A stretch of 64,000 bases of DNA from Calditrichia bacterium (GTDB lineage: Bacteria; Calditrichota; Calditrichia; RBG-13-44-9; J075). A model generated the notes under the pieces. It saw nothing but the letters and a program-made list of their open reading frames with translations. It did no database searches and was not told the origin of the DNA. Made by a program: the position numbers and the translations under genes. Positions within the stretch are counted from its first letter, which is position 1; each line of letters starts with the position of its first letter. The stretch is taken from positions 2,359,272 through 2,423,271 of the forward strand of contig JACKAQ010000001.1 of the NCBI GenBank assembly GCA_020634975.1, in the 5' to 3' direction. This document shows, piece by piece, positions 19,434-30,820 of the stretch.

Positions 19434-22400
19434 ATGAAAATTTGTAAAACATTTATCCTTATTCTGCTGCTGATTGCTGCCAACAGCCTGCACGCCGGCG
19501 ATGAAGAAACAAATAAAAACAGCAAAAAAGAAATATTAAAATTGCTGGAGACTTATCGCTCAGGAGAAGCGCTCAGTAAAGAAGCGTATCAGAAAATTTA
19601 CCCATACCTTCAGCAGGAAAAGACACCGTCGCCGTTGTACCGCCTGTCACCACAGCAGTCAACGGTCTATTTTTCGGAAGATTTTTCTGATGGCGTTCTG
19701 CCAGCGGGATGGAGCAACGTGGATAATGTCGGCAACGGCGAAATCTGGGAATTTGACGATCCTGGCGGACGGGGGGAGATACAAACGACCACCGGCTACA
19801 ATGGCTTCGCTATTTTTGATAGCGACAATTACGGCAATAACGGCAACCCGGAAGATGCCGACCTGATCACACCACCGCTCGATTTTTCGGATGCCGTGGC
19901 AGTAAAACTTTCTTTCGAACATTTTTTCGAGAGCAGCTTTGGTGGTGTCGCCGAGGTGAGCGTCAGCAACGACAACGGCGCAACATGGTTCACCATTGCC
20001 CACTGGGAAAATGTCAATACCGAAGATGGCCAAAAAGAGACGTTTGATATCACTGCTCAGGCGGCCGGTCATTCCCAGGTGCTTGTCCGCTGGAAATGGA
20101 CCGGCAACTGGGGCTATTTCTGGGCTGTTGACGATGTGCTCATCAGCAGCGCAATATTCGATGAAATGTTTTCTGGTGGCAGCCTGCCTGCCGGATGGTC
20201 GATTGTTGACCATGCCGGGATCGGCGAGGTCTGGCAGTTTAATAACCCCGGCGAGCGGGAAATCTTAACCGGCAGCGCTGCAAATGGGTTTGCCATTTTT
20301 GATAGTGATTTTTACAATTTTGATACACCCCCGGAAGACTGTGACCTGATCAGCCCGGCAATTGACTGTTCCGGCGCCGCCAATGTTATCCTCTCATTCG
20401 AGCATCTTTTTCAGTCCGGTTTTGGGGGTAAGGGCGAACTTAGCGTTAGCAGCGATGACGGAGCAACCTGGAGTTCTCTGGCTGTCTGGCAAGATGAAAC
20501 AACCGCCAATCCCCAACTGGAATTTTTTGACCTCACAGCCATTGCCGCAGGCAAGTCACAGGTTCGCCTGAAGTGGAACTGGACGGGAAACTGGAGCCGG
20601 TGGTGGGCGATTGACGACATCACACTGAGCGATCCGGCGGGCGGACTGCTGTTCAGCACCGCAGTGAATGTTGATTTTGGCTACATTCAACCGGGTGAAA
20701 GCGCCACGGAAACGGTTTATCTCACCAACGGCGGTTTGGCACTGAACATCCTGTCTGTTTTGTCAAATATGCCGGCATTTACTGTCAGCAATGTTCCGGG
20801 TCAAATACCTCCCGCCGGAACGGCATCATTCGACATCACCTTTACCCCGCCGGCCATTGGACCGTCATCCGGTGAAATTACCATTACCCATGACGGGCTT
20901 ACCGGCAGTGAACCTTTGGTTATCACCGTTGAAGGCACAGGATTTTCCGTTCCACAAATAGATATCCCCTGGAATGAAAATTTTATGGTAAACAGTTTTA
21001 GTTTTAACAATTGGGATATTTCCAAATTCCGTGGTTCGCCGAGAGTCATCGACCGAAACGGTGTGCTTGTGCCACCTTATCCTTACAGTTTGCCCTCTGA
21101 ACCGTATATGATGGATATATCAGGAAAATTGTTTCAGAACCAGGACGTTGATGTGGCGACGACCGGTTTGTTCGATTTGTCAGATAAAACCACCGTTCTG
21201 CTTTCTTTTTGGAAATCCGAACAGAACATGTGGCTTGGGCAATATGTTTTGGTTAGTTACCTTGCCGATGACGGCAGTTGGAGAACACTGGATTCCCTTC
21301 CCGGCAACAACTATGGTGCAGGAAATTACCGGCAATTTGATAGAAAAGAATACCTTTTGCCCGCAGATGCGTATCACCAGGCGTTTCAGCTGCGTTTCAG
21401 CGCCTCGGACGACATGACGATTGGCAATACCTATTTATTTGATAATATTCAACTTGCGGAAGGTTTTCCACCGCCGGCCAATTTGGTTGGCAACCCTCGC
21501 AATCAAGCGGTGGATTTATCATGGGAGCCGCCCCCATCTCTGCTGAGCATGATTCAAAAGAAGCTCGGTTTGCCTGGATCAGCCACCCGCGAGGAAGGCA
21601 AAACCGGCAAATTAACCATCGATAAAAGCATGCTGAATCTGGAATTGCAGACGATGGGTTTAATCGGTTATCCGGTTTATCGCTCAACAGATGGGTTTAA
21701 CTTCACTGCTATTGATACTGTGGATGCTACGGAAACAACCTTTAGCGACTCAAATCTGGTCAACGAAACAACCTATTACTACTACGTGACCGCGTTGGTT
21801 GACGATGAAGAGAGCAATCCTTCCAATATTGTTGAATTGAAGCCGTTTAAGATTCCTTTCAATACCATTCTATTTGAATCTTTTGAGGACGTAAACTTTC
21901 CACCGGCGAATTGGCAAAAGTACAATCAGGACGGCGGAACGGTGGGCTGGAGCAGCCAGACAATTGGTACCACACCTATTCCCGGATGGGGTGGCGGTAT
22001 TGTGAGCGGGCCACCGAATGGCGGGGCAAGAGTCGCATTTAACTCCTGGAATACCGGTGGAAGCAATTTTAATGATCAGTGGCTTATCACTCCTCAAATT
22101 ACCGGCGTTGAATATGGCGATTCCCTGCATTTCTGGATTCGCAACTGGCCCTTTAATTATATCGATTCGGTGGATGTGCGTATATCAACCACCGGTATCA
22201 CCCCCTCAGATTTTAACACGATTGTTGCGGAGTTGGCATTCGGTCAGATCGTTGACACAATAACGACCTGGCGTAAATATTCTTTCAGCATCGGTGATAA
22301 AGTGCCGGAAGGATCAGATATCTATATCGCTTTTAGGGAACATGTGGTGGATAATATTTACTACGGTTCTTCAATCTCACTCGATTTAGTGAGTTATACC

Positions 22401-25400
22401 CGGTTAATGTCGCCGGTTAGCCGAATGTTTGCAAGCTATTTGAACGGCAACAAAACTGCGCCCACTCCGGTTGCAACCGTTGGCAGCGGCACCGGAAAAT
22501 TTGTATTGAATGGCGATCAAACCGTGCTGAGTTACGAAATTGCAGTAAGGCATCTCTCCGGGGAAATAACAGCTGCTCACTTTCACAATGCACCGGCCGG
22601 GCAAAACGGCGGAGTTGTCAAGACTATTTATTCCGGAACACCCATCAGCGGCGGTAGCACTTTCAGTGGCGAGTGGACCAGCAGCGACGGTGAAGCGCTA
22701 ACGCCTGAACTTGTTTCAGAGCTGCTTAACGGAAATATATATGTGAACATTCACTCAACCCTCCATGGCTCTGGCGAAATTCGGGGTCAACTCGGTTTGC
22801 CGGAAAAACCCTTGAAGCTACTCATAACCGAATTTACGGTTTCACCAACAGAAAACGAGTTCATTGAAATTTATAATCCCAATGATACGCCGGTGCGTCT
22901 GGAAAACTACTATCTCACCGATGCGACCTTACAAAACGGCAACACCTACTATTACCAAATCGTTGAAGGTGGTGGTGGCGGTGGCGGTTTTGATGATTTT
23001 CATGCCCGCTTTCCGTCGGAGGCGGTGATCAATCCGGGTGAATACCAGACCATCGCGCTGGCCGGCGATCAGAATTTTGAAAACGCATTTGGCATCACAC
23101 CGACATATGAGCTGTTTGAGGACAGCAGCACAGTGACAACCGATGCGGCTGACATGCGGGAAGCATTTCCCGGATCGGTCAATCAGCAGGGTGGGCTCAC
23201 CAATAGCGACGAAGTGATCGTTCTATATTATTGGGATGGCCTCAGCGATCTGGTGCAGGATGTAGATTACATCATCTACGAGGGTTCCGGCGGAAGCATC
23301 AATGAACAGGTTGACAAATCTGGCGTGAGCATCGACGGACCGGATGCCGATAACTCGCCAACGGCTTATCTGGACGACACGCCCATTGCTGTGCAAGTTA
23401 GCGCACCGGGACCAGAAACTGGTTTTGCAGCACACCGCATTGATTTTACAGAAGGTACCCAAAACTCAGGTAATGGCAATGGCATTAGTGGGGCGGATGA
23501 AACCAGTGAAGATTTGAATAACACATTTATCGCCGACCGGGCGCCAACACCCAATGCTCCCCCTCCGGCGACGCTTTCGCTGAATGCCCCGTTACACATT
23601 CGCTCTGTAGCGCAAAACAGTAAGGTCAAGCTTGATTGGCAACGCCCCTTTCCGCCGGGAGAACTGGCATACGATGACAATACTGTTGAGTTGGACCTTG
23701 GATTTGATGGCGTAACAGGGCAAATGGCAGTTCGTTTTAAACCGAATATTTATCCGGCGACACTGGTTGGTATTAAAACATACTGGGTATCCTCCGGTGC
23801 AGCGCCCCGTGATGTACAATATTCCGTTTGGAAAAATGTGGCTTCAGGTCAATTTCCACCGCATACGCGGATATTGGATTACACCAATTATGCCATCAAC
23901 GAACGGGGTAATTTTACAACGATTGATCTACCTACCGCAGTAACCATCACAGAAGGGGATTTCTTCATTTCCTGGTCCCAAATTGATACCCTTAATTATA
24001 AATTGGGTGCAGACGAAAACGGCAGCAATTTATTCCGTGCGTGGTGGAGTAATGATGGCGTGAACTGGTTTAATTTAAATGATTTTTACACCGCAAACCT
24101 GATGATCCGGGCGTTGGTTGTTGAAGGCGCGGGCAAAAATTCCAGAGTTATGGAATTGAAACCGACAGATATATCCGCTACCGATGTGACACAAAAAGTC
24201 AAGCGGCCATTACCTCAAATTTTAGATCGTCGATTGATTCCGACAGCAGCTACGACAACCCAAAATCTGGGAAATCTACAGACAGGTAGCAGTCAACAGC
24301 AAAAATTGAATAGCAATCCTTCAGGACTCACAGGATACAAAATTTGGCGGTCAGAAGATGGTTTTAATTTCAACGACATTGCTGTTTTGGATACATCTTC
24401 CCAAACCTATTTTGATTCCGATGTTACATTGGGGACTACCTACTGGTACACCATTAATGCTATATATGGTGACAATCAAAGCAGTTGGGGAAATCTGACC
24501 AAAATTACAGCTGCCGTTGCATCTGAAGCAACGTTCGATCACCTGACATCTCGCTACATGTCTTCCGTTACGAACGAAGGGAGCATCGGTTTTTTGAATG
24601 ATAATCCGGAGTGGGGCGGCACCGGCAGCGGTTTCCGGTTCAATCCAAGTACTGCATCCGGACAGCGGCTTTATTATGGCGGTATTGCAGTAGCTACAGA
24701 CGCAGATCATGTATCAGATGCTGCCTGGGATGATGATTTATACTCTGATGCAGATTTTCAGATCATGTCCCACATCGAAGAAATTGTTGTTCCTGGCGTT
24801 CGCGCAGAGGCAATCACCAGCTACAGCGATGCGCTTGCAGAAAATCCCATCGGGGTAACCATTACCCAGCGAACAATCAGTAACAACGCAGGTCTCTCGC
24901 AGTTCAGTGAAACCTTTGAACTTACGGTAACGAATACCAGCGGAATAAATTTAACTGACGTTTATGTCGGAGCATTTGTGGACTGGGATGCCTCGCTGGA
25001 TTTTGCTGACCGTGGTCAGGTGATCATCGATTCGCTTAACTTCATTCCCACGGTTAACGGAGACGCACCGTTTCCGTTCGAGGTTATGGAGCAGCACAAT
25101 AACCTCAATCCCGATGCCTGGTTGGGTATTGTCCCACTCTCCAGCAATGTTTTCGCGGGACGCCGAATTCTGAACTATGATGCCGAGATCAACAATGGTC
25201 TGATGACCAACGCCAGCAAATGGGCATACATGACTACCTACCGGGATGGCAATCCCAACGGTGATATCGGTTTCGGCGACGATCATGCCCAGATGTTTGG
25301 TCTGCCGCCGGTGAGCATTCCTCCAGACAGTAGTGTAACCCTCGGATTTGCACTGGTTGCCGGACGTTCAGAAACCGATCTACTCAATGTTGCCCGCAGG

Positions 25401-25769
25401 GCTCAGTTTGATTGGGTGCTGGAGCTTGGCAATAAATTGCAGATAGACTCGCCATTGGGCATTAATAACGATCCGGAAACCGATATACCAGCCACATACT
25501 CTCTGGAGCAAAACTATCCCAATCCCTTTAACCCCAGCACCCGGCTGAAATACAGTTTGAAAGAAAGCGGTAGAGTGCGCTTGCAGGTGTTCAATGTGCT
25601 GGGACAACTGGTGCGAATACTGGTGGATAGTGATCAGACTGCCGGCTATAAAGAGGTTATGTGGGATGGCAAAAATCATCTGGGAGAGAAAGTTTCCAGC
25701 GGGATTTATATTTACCGGATAGAGGTCAACGAGTTTGTCAATACCCGTAAAATGATTTTGCTGAAATAA
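19434..25769 (+). CDS. 2111-aa multi-domain secreted protein (three MAM-like N-terminal repeats, FN3, CHRD, lamin-tail domain, T9SS C-terminal domain)
   Basis: Signal peptide. The first ~550 aa hold three ~180-aa repeats (FSEDFSDGVLPAGWSNVD...NGFAIFDSD). FN3-like segments, a CHRD-like motif (AAHFHNAPAGQNGG...NIHSTLHGSGEIRGQL), an LTD-like segment (LLITEFTVSPTENEFIEIYNP) and a poly-Gly tract are present. C-terminus NYPNPFNPSTRLKY...RKMILLK. Confidence 0.8.
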   Translation: MKICKTFILILLLIAANSLHAGDEETNKNSKKEILKLLETYRSGEALSKEAYQKIYPYLQQEKTPSPLYRLSPQQSTVYFSEDFSDGVLPAGWSNVDNVGNGEIWEFDDPGGRGEIQTTTGYNGFAIFDSDNYGNNGNPEDADLITPPLDFSDAVAVKLSFEHFFESSFGGVAEVSVSNDNGATWFTIAHWENVNTEDGQKETFDITAQAAGHSQVLVRWKWTGNWGYFWAVDDVLISSAIFDEMFSGGSLPAGWSIVDHAGIGEVWQFNNPGEREILTGSAANGFAIFDSDFYNFDTPPEDCDLISPAIDCSGAANVILSFEHLFQSGFGGKGELSVSSDDGATWSSLAVWQDETTANPQLEFFDLTAIAAGKSQVRLKWNWTGNWSRWWAIDDITLSDPAGGLLFSTAVNVDFGYIQPGESATETVYLTNGGLALNILSVLSNMPAFTVSNVPGQIPPAGTASFDITFTPPAIGPSSGEITITHDGLTGSEPLVITVEGTGFSVPQIDIPWNENFMVNSFSFNNWDISKFRGSPRVIDRNGVLVPPYPYSLPSEPYMMDISGKLFQNQDVDVATTGLFDLSDKTTVLLSFWKSEQNMWLGQYVLVSYLADDGSWRTLDSLPGNNYGAGNYRQFDRKEYLLPADAYHQAFQLRFSASDDMTIGNTYLFDNIQLAEGFPPPANLVGNPRNQAVDLSWEPPPSLLSMIQKKLGLPGSATREEGKTGKLTIDKSMLNLELQTMGLIGYPVYRSTDGFNFTAIDTVDATETTFSDSNLVNETTYYYYVTALVDDEESNPSNIVELKPFKIPFNTILFESFEDVNFPPANWQKYNQDGGTVGWSSQTIGTTPIPGWGGGIVSGPPNGGARVAFNSWNTGGSNFNDQWLITPQITGVEYGDSLHFWIRNWPFNYIDSVDVRISTTGITPSDFNTIVAELAFGQIVDTITTWRKYSFSIGDKVPEGSDIYIAFREHVVDNIYYGSSISLDLVSYTRLMSPVSRMFASYLNGNKTAPTPVATVGSGTGKFVLNGDQTVLSYEIAVRHLSGEITAAHFHNAPAGQNGGVVKTIYSGTPISGGSTFSGEWTSSDGEALTPELVSELLNGNIYVNIHSTLHGSGEIRGQLGLPEKPLKLLITEFTVSPTENEFIEIYNPNDTPVRLENYYLTDATLQNGNTYYYQIVEGGGGGGGFDDFHARFPSEAVINPGEYQTIALAGDQNFENAFGITPTYELFEDSSTVTTDAADMREAFPGSVNQQGGLTNSDEVIVLYYWDGLSDLVQDVDYIIYEGSGGSINEQVDKSGVSIDGPDADNSPTAYLDDTPIAVQVSAPGPETGFAAHRIDFTEGTQNSGNGNGISGADETSEDLNNTFIADRAPTPNAPPPATLSLNAPLHIRSVAQNSKVKLDWQRPFPPGELAYDDNTVELDLGFDGVTGQMAVRFKPNIYPATLVGIKTYWVSSGAAPRDVQYSVWKNVASGQFPPHTRILDYTNYAINERGNFTTIDLPTAVTITEGDFFISWSQIDTLNYKLGADENGSNLFRAWWSNDGVNWFNLNDFYTANLMIRALVVEGAGKNSRVMELKPTDISATDVTQKVKRPLPQILDRRLIPTAATTTQNLGNLQTGSSQQQKLNSNPSGLTGYKIWRSEDGFNFNDIAVLDTSSQTYFDSDVTLGTTYWYTINAIYGDNQSSWGNLTKITAAVASEATFDHLTSRYMSSVTNEGSIGFLNDNPEWGGTGSGFRFNPSTASGQRLYYGGIAVATDADHVSDAAWDDDLYSDADFQIMSHIEEIVVPGVRAEAITSYSDALAENPIGVTITQRTISNNAGLSQFSETFELTVTNTSGINLTDVYVGAFVDWDASLDFADRGQVIIDSLNFIPTVNGDAPFPFEVMEQHNNLNPDAWLGIVPLSSNVFAGRRILNYDAEINNGLMTNASKWAYMTTYRDGNPNGDIGFGDDHAQMFGLPPVSIPPDSSVTLGFALVAGRSETDLLNVARRAQFDWVLELGNKLQIDSPLGINNDPETDIPATYSLEQNYPNPFNPSTRLKYSLKESGRVRLQVFNVLGQLVRILVDSDQTAGYKEVMWDGKNHLGEKVSSGIYIYRIEVNEFVNTRKMILLK

Positions 25770-26145
25770 CGTTCTGTAAAACTGCTATTTCTTTGGGAAT
25801 TATAAGGACAATATGGTTCTATTTGTCCGAAAAATGGGCGTAGAGACTCCGTCGTTGCCGACGGGGTCTGCGCCTGACAGCAGTTTGCGCCAGTTAAAAT
25901 AATGCTGGAAATACTGCCAGTCGCTCTGTGCTTAGCGGTTCTGGCGCTCAATAAAATTTTCTACCAAATTCAGTCCTGTATATTAAAATCTTCGCAAATA
26001 ATTGAAAGATCAAGCACTATTTAATTGGATATGTCACAAAATATTGTATCTTTTTATTCAATTCAAAATAGTGATCTGCAAATGTCGGCATGATAAAAAA
26101 AATCTTATCAGAGATTTGAAATCTGTCATGTAACGGAGAAAATCC

Positions 26146-29100
26146 ATGTACTACCAGATTAGATACATTGTATTCTTTTGTATCGTTTGTGTGCAGGCTG
26201 GTATAATGGCTCAAACCGGGTTGTTTGATATCCGGGATTCTGATGACCTGGTATTTTCCAATATTGGTGTTGAACAAGGATTATCGCATTCCGACGTTTA
26301 CTGTATTACCCAGGATTCCAAAGGATTTATGTGGTTCGGCACCGGTGACGGCCTCAATCGTTATGATGGATATTCATTTACAATATTTAAACACGATCCG
26401 CAGGATTCTTTGAGTTTGAGCCAGAATTTTGTTTTGGAATTGCTCGAAGATAAAACGGGCGCACTTTGGGTCGGTACGCGTGGCGGTGGGTTAAACCGTT
26501 TTAATCATAAAACGCAACAGTTTACCCGGTTTATGGCCGACTCAAGTCGGGCAGACGCCATCGGTGATAACGAAATATGGACTATTTTTATTGACAGCCA
26601 ACAACAGCTATGGATCGGAACTGCGCATGGTGGGCTTAACCGGTTTAATGCTGCGACAGAATCGTTTGAGGTGTTCCGGCATGACCCGAATAACCCAAAT
26701 AGTGTTAGCGATAAGGGTGTTGGTGCAATTTACGAAGATCGCAACGGCATCCTCTGGATTGGTACCCAACACGGCGGCTTAAATCGTTTCGATCGGGAGA
26801 AAAAAACATTCAAATGGTATCGCCACGATCCGGCAAACCCCAATAGCTTGGGTGGTGACAATATTATGACAATCGCCGAAGACGACAGCCGCATGCTTTG
26901 GATTGGAGTACACAAAGGGGGCTTAAACCGCTTTGATCGAGAAACAGAAACATTTACTCGTTTCACGCATCAGGAAAATGACCCAAACAGTCTCGGTGGG
27001 CATTCCGTTAGAGCAATATTGAAAGATGATTCAGGTAAATTGCTATTGGGACATCATGGAGAAGGTGTTAGTTTGATGAATCCCGATAAAAAGACATTTA
27101 AGCGTCTGAAGTATGATCCTTTTGATGTACAGAGTTTCTCTGGCAAATTTGTGCTTTCTATTTTCAAGGATACAAAGGGGTGTTTGTGGTTTGGCACAGA
27201 ACTCGGGGTTATCAAAACACAAACACTAAAAAGTTTCACGCATTATCAAAAGCGTGTATTAAATGGCGACTTCCAAAAAGGTGATAACTTCATTTGGGCG
27301 ATATATGAAGATCCGACAGAAGCAGGGCGTAAATTGTGGATTAGCACCCGGGATAGCGGACTTTACCATCTGAATCGGACAAATGGAACAGTGGTTCGTT
27401 ATCAGCAAAACCCCCAAATTGCGAGCAGTTTGAGCAGCAATCAAATCACGTTTATTACAAAGGATAAATCGGGCAACTTTTGGATCGGCACGAATAATGG
27501 ATTAAATCGCTTTAACCCGGATAAAGGTATCTTCGAAAGATTCTCGACAGAAAGCCCGCCTCCGCACCAATTAAAAAACAACTACATATCGACGATTCTG
27601 GAAGACACGACCAGTGAGGGCAATGTGTTGTGGATCGGTACTCGAAGTGGCGGATTACATCAGTTAAATTTGGCAAACAACCATATTCGCCAGTTTCACT
27701 ATCATCCCAATAGAATTAATACGAATGAGGACTATATTTTTCAATTAACCAAGGGTGATTTTAATGGCGAAAAAGTGATCTGGTTGGCCACCTACGGCGG
27801 CGGTTTGATCCGTTTTCACCCCAAATCGGCGTCTTTTTACGCATATCGCTTTGATGAAAAAAACGAGCAGTCGATTAGCAACAATTACCTTTATTCAATT
27901 TGTAAAGCCGGAAGTGGCGACTATTGGATTGGCACGGCATCCGGTTTAAACAAGTTCGATCCTGTTACCGGAGTTTTCGAACGGTTCCATTTGAAAGATG
28001 GATTAACCAACGAAACCATTTACGGCATCCTCGAAGACGACGAAGGTTTTTTGTGGCTGGCGACAAACGCCGGAATTGAGAAGTTTGATCCGCAAAACCG
28101 GGTTTTCAGAAATTATAATGTGCAGGATGGTTTGCAGGGCAATCTGTTTGCGGACAATACCGGTGCGTATTTTAAAAGCAGCAGCGGCGAACTGTTTTTT
28201 GGCGGTAATAATGGTTTGAGTTCTTTTTTCCCCGATCAAATAACAGACAATCAGAATATCCCGCCAATTGTGTTTACAGATTTCAAGATTTTTAACAAAT
28301 CCGTTCCCATCCGAAATGCCATAAAAAGCGCGGCATCTAACCAGTCATACTTCCTCGAAAGCGATATTTCTGAATGCGATGAAATAACCCTTTCCTACCG
28401 CGAAAGCGTATTTACGTTTGAATTTGCGGCGCTGGATTATACCGTTCCCGAAAAAAATCAATATGCCTATATGCTGGAGGGATTTGACGAAAACTGGACA
28501 TATGTCGGTAATCAAAATACCGCAACGTATACCAATATCGATCCGGGAGAATACGTTTTTCGCGTAAAAGGAAGCAACAACGATAACGTTTGGAATGAAA
28601 ACGGCGCAGCCATTCGCCTGATTATTACGCCGCCGTGGTGGCGATCAACCTGGGCATATGTGATGTATGTTGTAACCGGAATTTTGTTGCTGATTATCGC
28701 CCGCCGCTTTGAAATCAACCGCCAGCAACTCAAACACAAACTTGAAATTGAACATCTGCAGGCTGAAAAACTGGTAGAAATTGATCGAATGAAATCGCGT
28801 TTCTTTGCCAATATTTCCCATGAATTCCGCACGCCGCTGACCCTCATTAAAGGACCGGTTGAAAAATTATGGGAAAAGGTCACCGATGATGAGGGGCGCC
28901 ATAACCTGAACCTGATTAGAAACAACTGTCAGCGCTTGATGGAACTCATCAACCAATTATTGGATCTTTCTAAGCTGGAATCCCGCAGGATGCGCCTTAA
29001 GGTTCGCAAAGAAGAACTGGTGAGCATGGTTCGTGGAATGACAATGGCATTCGAATCACTGGCGGAATTACACAATATCGAATTGATTGTAAATGCACCC

Positions 29101-30444
29101 AATGAAAAAGTTTATGTATATGTCGAACGTCGTAAATTTGAAATGATCATTTCAAATTTGCTGTCTAATGCCTTCAAATTTACACCGGAAGGTGGTAAAA
29201 TTGCGGTTGAGTTAAAGCAAGATACAATCAATGATGAAGGCAAGGCAATCGGTCACCGGCAACTTCCGACCGGAAACAATGATTTTATCGAAATTGCCAT
29301 AACGGACACGGGTATCGGTATTCAGCCAGAACACCAGGCGTATATTTTTGAACGCTTTTATCAGGTAGATGACTCAACAACCCGCCGTTATAGCGGCACC
29401 GGCATCGGGTTGGCTTTGGTGAACGAACTCGTTGAATTGCACGGCGGTAAAATTATCGTATCCAGCGATGTAAATAAAGGCAGCCAATTTGTGATTTTTT
29501 TGCCAACGGGAAAAGAGCATTTGAATCCGGAGGACATTATAAGTGATGAAGAAATCAGCACTTCCGGAAATGAACAGACGGAAAATGAACCGGCAATTTT
29601 CACCGATGAATATAAAACAAAGGATCGATTTGACGATAACCGGCAACCAATTGTCATTGACGGGCGCAGTCCCAAAGAAAAAACAATATTGGTTATTGAA
29701 GACAACCCGGATGTACGGAAATACATTTGTGATACGCTGAAAGAAACGTATCATACGATTTCTGCAAAAAATGGAAAAATCGGTTTGGCAATAGCCGTAA
29801 AAGCATTTCCGGATTTAGTCGTTTGTGATGTGATGATGCCGGAGATGGATGGTTTTTCATTTTGCGAAAAGCTAAAAACGGATGAAAAAACCAGCCATAT
29901 CCCGGTTATTTTACTGACAGCCAAAGCATCGGAAGAAAACAGGCTTGCCGGTTTGGAAATTGGTGCTGATGATTATTTGACCAAACCGTTTAGCGCTCCG
30001 GAATTGCTGGCGCGTATCAAAAACCTGATTGCACAACGCCGTCGATTGCAGGAATTGTTTCAATCGCAAATAATACTGGCGCCCGGCGACGTGACCGTAA
30101 CCTCGATGGATCAACAATTTTTGCAAAAAGCCATCGATATTATTGAAGCGCATATTTCCGACACAGATTTTACTGCAGAAATATTCAGCTCTGAAATGAG
30201 CGTGAGTCGGGTGCATTTGAACCGCAAAATTAAAGTTATTACCGGCTTAACAACCACCCATTTTATTCGTTCGATACGGCTAAAACGCGCTGCACAGTTA
30301 TTGCCCCAAAAAAGCGGTAACATTTCCGAAATTGCCTATAGTGTCGGGTTCAACAATCCATCGTTTTTTGCCACATGTTTTCGGGAGCAATTTGGTGTTT
30401 CGCCATCAGAATTTGTGCACCGTCAGACCGAAAAAAAAGCATAA
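26146..30444 (+). CDS. Hybrid two-component system regulator (paralog of 9655-13902): Y_Y_Y sensor, HisKA, HATPase, REC, AraC HTH
   Basis: Same architecture and motifs (FFANISHEFRTPLT; DLVVCDVMMPEMDGFSF; C-terminal AraC HTH). Confidence 0.85.
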   Translation: MYYQIRYIVFFCIVCVQAGIMAQTGLFDIRDSDDLVFSNIGVEQGLSHSDVYCITQDSKGFMWFGTGDGLNRYDGYSFTIFKHDPQDSLSLSQNFVLELLEDKTGALWVGTRGGGLNRFNHKTQQFTRFMADSSRADAIGDNEIWTIFIDSQQQLWIGTAHGGLNRFNAATESFEVFRHDPNNPNSVSDKGVGAIYEDRNGILWIGTQHGGLNRFDREKKTFKWYRHDPANPNSLGGDNIMTIAEDDSRMLWIGVHKGGLNRFDRETETFTRFTHQENDPNSLGGHSVRAILKDDSGKLLLGHHGEGVSLMNPDKKTFKRLKYDPFDVQSFSGKFVLSIFKDTKGCLWFGTELGVIKTQTLKSFTHYQKRVLNGDFQKGDNFIWAIYEDPTEAGRKLWISTRDSGLYHLNRTNGTVVRYQQNPQIASSLSSNQITFITKDKSGNFWIGTNNGLNRFNPDKGIFERFSTESPPPHQLKNNYISTILEDTTSEGNVLWIGTRSGGLHQLNLANNHIRQFHYHPNRINTNEDYIFQLTKGDFNGEKVIWLATYGGGLIRFHPKSASFYAYRFDEKNEQSISNNYLYSICKAGSGDYWIGTASGLNKFDPVTGVFERFHLKDGLTNETIYGILEDDEGFLWLATNAGIEKFDPQNRVFRNYNVQDGLQGNLFADNTGAYFKSSSGELFFGGNNGLSSFFPDQITDNQNIPPIVFTDFKIFNKSVPIRNAIKSAASNQSYFLESDISECDEITLSYRESVFTFEFAALDYTVPEKNQYAYMLEGFDENWTYVGNQNTATYTNIDPGEYVFRVKGSNNDNVWNENGAAIRLIITPPWWRSTWAYVMYVVTGILLLIIARRFEINRQQLKHKLEIEHLQAEKLVEIDRMKSRFFANISHEFRTPLTLIKGPVEKLWEKVTDDEGRHNLNLIRNNCQRLMELINQLLDLSKLESRRMRLKVRKEELVSMVRGMTMAFESLAELHNIELIVNAPNEKVYVYVERRKFEMIISNLLSNAFKFTPEGGKIAVELKQDTINDEGKAIGHRQLPTGNNDFIEIAITDTGIGIQPEHQAYIFERFYQVDDSTTRRYSGTGIGLALVNELVELHGGKIIVSSDVNKGSQFVIFLPTGKEHLNPEDIISDEEISTSGNEQTENEPAIFTDEYKTKDRFDDNRQPIVIDGRSPKEKTILVIEDNPDVRKYICDTLKETYHTISAKNGKIGLAIAVKAFPDLVVCDVMMPEMDGFSFCEKLKTDEKTSHIPVILLTAKASEENRLAGLEIGADDYLTKPFSAPELLARIKNLIAQRRRLQELFQSQIILAPGDVTVTSMDQQFLQKAIDIIEAHISDTDFTAEIFSSEMSVSRVHLNRKIKVITGLTTTHFIRSIRLKRAAQLLPQKSGNISEIAYSVGFNNPSFFATCFREQFGVSPSEFVHRQTEKKA

Positions 30445-30820
30445 ACCTGCCTTAATACCCCCTTTTTGTTTCAAGATTTAAAGGTTTTGTTTTCTGAGTG
30501 GTAGACTCGGCGATAGTGTTTAAATAAATTTATCCCGAAGCTTACGGTGCCAAACGGAAATGAAATTCAGAAATCCATACCACAACTATCCTTTTGGGAA
30601 GTGGGTTGAATTTTTCGTTCGCCTCTTGTTAATGTTCGCCCTGTGACAAATAAAATCGCCTATAAAAACTCCATACATTCACGGATGAGTGCTGCCCAAA
30701 GGCAGGTTGCTTACAGTCTGCCTTTGGTTGTTTTGCTGGCTATGTCTATAATTTACAATTGTTTATGGTTTGGATATCTATAAACAACCGTTGATGTATG
30801 TTTACGAAAGGAAGGCAGTT

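Noticed and set aside
22960-22990. GGT/GGC repeat considered as a frameshifting or phase-variation site
   Set aside because: The repeat is in frame and encodes Gly7 inside a long intact ORF. Only noted as a possible length-variable tract.
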